Part shown: piece by piece, positions 56,344-64,000 of the stretch | Layout of the letters: each line of letters opens with the position of its first letter | Position numbering within the stretch: position 1 is the stretch's first letter | NCBI RefSeq assembly: GCF_009914755.1 | Contig: NC_060934.1 | DNA length: 64,000 nt | Direction: 5' to 3' (one strand) | Source: the human T2T-CHM13v2.0 reference genome, Homo sapiens | Notes under the pieces: model-generated | The model's input: the letters and a program-made list of their open reading frames with translations, nothing else | What the model was told of the DNA's origin: nothing | Databases searched by the model: none | Position numbers and translations under genes: made by a program

Positions 56344-58254
56344 TACTTTATATCCACCTTCAGGTTCTTCAATTATTTCAGATTGTTAGAGACTTTGATT
56401 CTACTGTTTATTTCTTGACCCCTCTTCTCACCATGGTGGTAGATTTGTTTATGTGCTTATTTTTCTAGTGTGATCTTATCCTCCGTGGGGGTTGTTTTAT
56501 CTCCAAATCTCCTACACACTGGGTGGTGGAGGCATGCCTACAGGACAGTTCTGCACCTGCTGCCACCCAAGGCCTTCAGGACTTCAATGGGCTGCAACTG
56601 TTTTTATGGCAGGGCTTCTACTTTTGGTTCCTGTATGACTGAGATAAAATAAACTTGGAGCCCATACCCATGCATGGCCTGGTATTGTAATTTCCAGTCC
56701 CCTTTTAGGGTACAATCAGATCTTCAGGCTCTAAACTTTATGCAAGGATCCAAATTCTAGCTCCCACACCTTTGTTAGGCCAAAACCACATCTATCTCTG
56801 GACGTGAGCATTCCAGTTCCCAGCCCTGGGTGCAATCTAGGACCAAACCCAACAAGTACCCAGACCCAGGAACGGCCACTAAAGAGTGTGTTGGTCCCAA
56901 CGGCACTACTTTTGTTTTCTCTCTTCGCCTATTACATGATCAGCTGTGTGTTTTTTTTTTATCAGAGTCTACCTTGAGTCTCTGCAGCAGGAGGGGGACA
57001 CATCTGTGTTGGTTTTATCTAACATGTTTGTAGGAAGTCTAAATTGAACTTGTTTCTTTTTTCTTCTAGTCATCTGAAGCCCCTCAGCTCCTTCAGTGCC
57101 AGAAAATGACCTAAATAACAGTTAAAAATTTTTTTAAAGGTAGTTTTTCAATATCCATATTCCAGAGAAAGTACTCACTGTCAGCTACTGCTAGATGCTA
57201 AATCTGAAGATTTTGTCAGTGGTCTATTCATACCCATCTATTCTGGGATTCGTATTTGGCTATACTGACACAGCCAGACTCTTCCATTCCCAGCTTATTC
57301 CCTCACAGTGTGAGTAAATCAGCCCTGTATCTTAGCCAAGAGCTTCTCACTGTGTCCGGGGATGAAGTCCACAAAAACCCGCACTGTCACTGCCACAGTT
57401 CTCATAGGGTGTTCGAGCCTGACGCTGGGCCGCCAGTCTTGGGGAGTGATGCCGGCATGCTGACTGCAAACACACTGATCAGCCAAAAAGAGCAGAAAGC
57501 AGAGGGGGCTCCAAGCAGAGTGCTCAGGCCCCTGCCTCCCCATCAACCACGGTGCATGGCAGTCCAATGGCTTAGCCCCTGGGGACCTCACTTTCCTTAT
57601 CTGTAAATTGACAGGGTTAGACCAATGAACTCCAGGATCCTTGACAAACCTGGGGGTAGAAATGCATGGAGCACAACTTGATTCTTACAGAATGATCAAT
57701 GAAGTTCCCGTTGATCCCTCCATGATTGTGTTTTCTTCTCTCAGGACAGAAGAAGAAAGAACTGACAAGGATGCTTGCTATCAGCTGTGGCCGAGACAGG
57801 ACACAAAGAGCAGGGCACTGCGCATCGATCTCTGTTCATCGATATCAGAACGTTACATTTCCATCTTTGGTCCCGTCCCCAGCTTGACACTCGGACCCGC
57901 CCTAGCAAGCACAGGCAGTGTTCTCAGCCGTCACTGCAGGCACCAGAGGAGGGCAGAGATCACTGGGTTCCAAGGCTTCCTGTTCTAGTGCAGTATTTAT
58001 AGATGATGTAGGTGTAGAAAGCAATGACCAATAATGTACAAATATGTAAACAAAATAAACAGAAATACTTTAAAGGTAACCCATTTGGAGATAAAAAGAA
58101 ATACAAAGAAAAAATGCATCCATTTAGAATCAGAATAATCATACTTTGGCTCCTCCTGGTGTCCCTACAAGGGAAAACTGAACCAAAACAATAGGTTTGG
58201 ACCAAACACCTCCCTTCCCCTGCCCTCAATTTCTACTCCTACGTTGGCTGACTC

Positions 58255-58332
58255 CACACACACAGACATGCACACACACTACATATGTACACAGACACAC
58301 ACATGCACACACACCATATATACCACACACAC
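58255..58332. repeat. Degenerate (CA)n
   Basis: Seen directly. Confidence 0.85.
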
Positions 58333-58935
58333 AAATGTTGTCAGGCAATAGATTTCAATGTCAAAAAGTGAATAATACGGAGGCTTATTAAGACTGCTCC
58401 TTTGCTATTTGCCCTCAATGAAAAAAAAAAGAAAAAAAGATAAGGCTAATGACAATGCTGGTATCCAGAATCAACGTGGGGAGCGGAGACTCCATGGCAC
58501 CAGGAAACACCATGTTTTGCATGCTGGCTTTTCAGTGGTAACTCCCTACCCGTTTGAGTAATAAAAACCAATAACCACAGATAAAAGGCAGCGAAGGAGC
58601 ATTAGCGATGGGCAACATTGAAGGGCCTGACTGTATTTTTAACTTTCATGTCCAGGCTCTCGGGACTCATGTGGCTTATCACCAGGATCAGCCCTGCCAG
58701 CACTCTGGAGTGCCAAGCTTGCGGACTACTGACTGAGCCCTTGCAGGGGACAATACAGGCCCGGAGACCTCTGTTAGAAACAGCAACTTTCCTCCCCAGG
58801 AGAATCTGTCCATTCATTAGCTGATTAGCGCTGGTAAGAAAACAGAAACCAATCTAGGTATATTTCAAACAGAGGGACTGTAACAAGATTTGGCTACACA
58901 AATGATGGAAGAGATGAGAAGCCAAACGGGGGAGC

Positions 58936-59503
<568 letters not shown>

Positions 59504-60164
59504 GGAGCCAAACACTCACCAGGAGGACAAAGGGAGGAGGAGGTGGACCTCGCAAGAGATGGGCCCAGAGGGACTACTCTGCAGGAGCTATGTACTGCGG
59601 GAGGGCTAGAGAGAGAGAGAAATGCTCTGGCCTCCTCCTCCTTCTCCCCCACATTCCTGTGTCCCACCAATGCCTCACGTTGGCTGGATTCTCCCAGAAG
59701 TCAGAAGCAAAGGAGTCTGGGAAACAGTCTCCACAACACAGAGGAGGGGCAGACAAAGGAGGTCGGAGCTGAGAAAAAAACAGGCAACAGGCTGACCAGT
59801 GACCCAGTAAGATCTGAGGGTGGCCCCTTCTCCAGAGGATTCCAGCACTGAGAGGCTACAAAACGTCAGAGACCAGAGACCACTAGGAAAACACGGTGCT
59901 GAGGAAATATCATCATATCTCCCCTCAACCAATATCCTAAATCCTTTCTACAGTTCTCTGCCTTATAAGCCTTCCTCCCCTTTTCATGTACCTTCTTTTG
60001 ATTATTTTGGAGACCTCTGGCAGACCCCTAAGGTTTCATTTAATTGCTCTGAATTTGCAAGGAGCAGCTTCATTTCCATTTCACACTTGGTTACCGTGTG
60101 GCCTGTGCACACGCAAGCCGCGCGATCCGGGAATGGAAGCCTGCAGCCTAGGTGACTGTCCAGC

Positions 60165-60949
60165 ATGGGAGCCATTGGTGGCAGGAAAGGAAGCCTCCTA
60201 GCCATGGCGATCATCCTCTACGAGACTTGCAGCCCCAGACAGCACATGACAGGGAGAGCAAGCAGCCCGACCCTGGGCAGGAGCGGACGCCCTGATGCTG
60301 CAAGACTGGGTCCCACCACATTCATTTCGATCATCAGTAACATGAGCAGGGTGATTCAGGGCTACGAGGTGACGGTCCTAAATAATAATGTACAGCAGGA
60401 GATAAACCCTAACAGTAATTACTATAAGAAACCACCTCAGTCACTCCTGAAATAGTAACCATTGTAACAATGGTTACAATATGCCAGAATGAGTCAACAG
60501 AAATAGACCGAAATGCAAACTTGGAAAATGAGGTTGAAGAGGTCTACCGAGGAAGTCCTTGCATATGAGAAAATGTCAAAACCCTGTATGTGTGAGAAAC
60601 AACTCAATCATAAACATAAGGAAAAGCTTAGGAACAGAAGGACCACCAAGCTCAGACGGCTATACTGAGAATTCAGAGCAGAACAGATCAGATTAGCTGA
60701 CATCCTACGAAGGTCAAAAATACACTAGAGAATTCAGGATGCAAGGGAGCTTACTGGAGAACAGCCACCAAATAAACTGAGAATCACATGTAAGTTTCCC
60801 ATTAGGAATTCCACACAAACTACCCCTCACATCACCTTGGCTTCTCTCTGACCAAGAGAACCATTCTGAGCTGCCTACGGGCATCATGGGAGAGTGGGCA
60901 GGCCCACGTGTAAGCAGGCATTTGTGAATGGAACTGCAAGTTTAATAAA
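60165..60949 (+). pseudogene. Candidate intronless coding-like relic ending at AATAAA
   Basis: 96-aa ORF followed by interrupted frames (..NANLENEVEEVYR..; EKLRNRRTTKLRRLY*EFRAEQIRLADILRRSKIH*RIQDARELTGEQ); AATAAA at 60944-60949. Confidence 0.3.
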
Positions 60950-60959
60950 GTCTTCTGAA

Positions 60960-64000
<3,041 letters not shown>

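Noticed and set aside
57688-58780. Further upstream minus-strand exon candidates (~57933-57688 and ~58770-58633) for the eight-exon chain
   Set aside because: Splice-like signals exist, but the phase-compatible frame of the nearer exon contains stops and the donors are weak, so they were left out of the model.

Overview
This is primate, most likely human, nuclear genomic DNA. It contains Alu elements (Y/S/J), old L1, MIR, MaLR/ERVL LTRs, and hAT, Tigger and piggyBac relics; I found no prokaryotic features. I recognise no known protein-coding exon and assign no gene symbols. Landmarks are a CpG-rich promoter-like patch (~10.3-11.0 kb), a CpG island (~28.5-30.2 kb) ending in a ~130-bp fold-back hairpin, two VNTRs (17-bp and 36-bp units, the latter with higher-order structure), and an AT-rich, repeat-free probable minus-strand 3' UTR (~61-64 kb). 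The most interesting signals lie in the unique sequence. (i) Eight phase-compatible minus-strand exon candidates (57474 to ~46965) splice by hand into a stop-free frame of ~250 codons. (ii) A second, decayed minus-strand exon chain runs from ~10410 to the window start. (iii) A plus-strand coding-like relic lies at 60.2-60.9 kb. (iv) Three short duplications have copies 1.2-3.3 kb apart. All gene models were built by eye and need comparative or RNA evidence. Repeat family names come from memory of consensus sequences, and boundaries are approximate.
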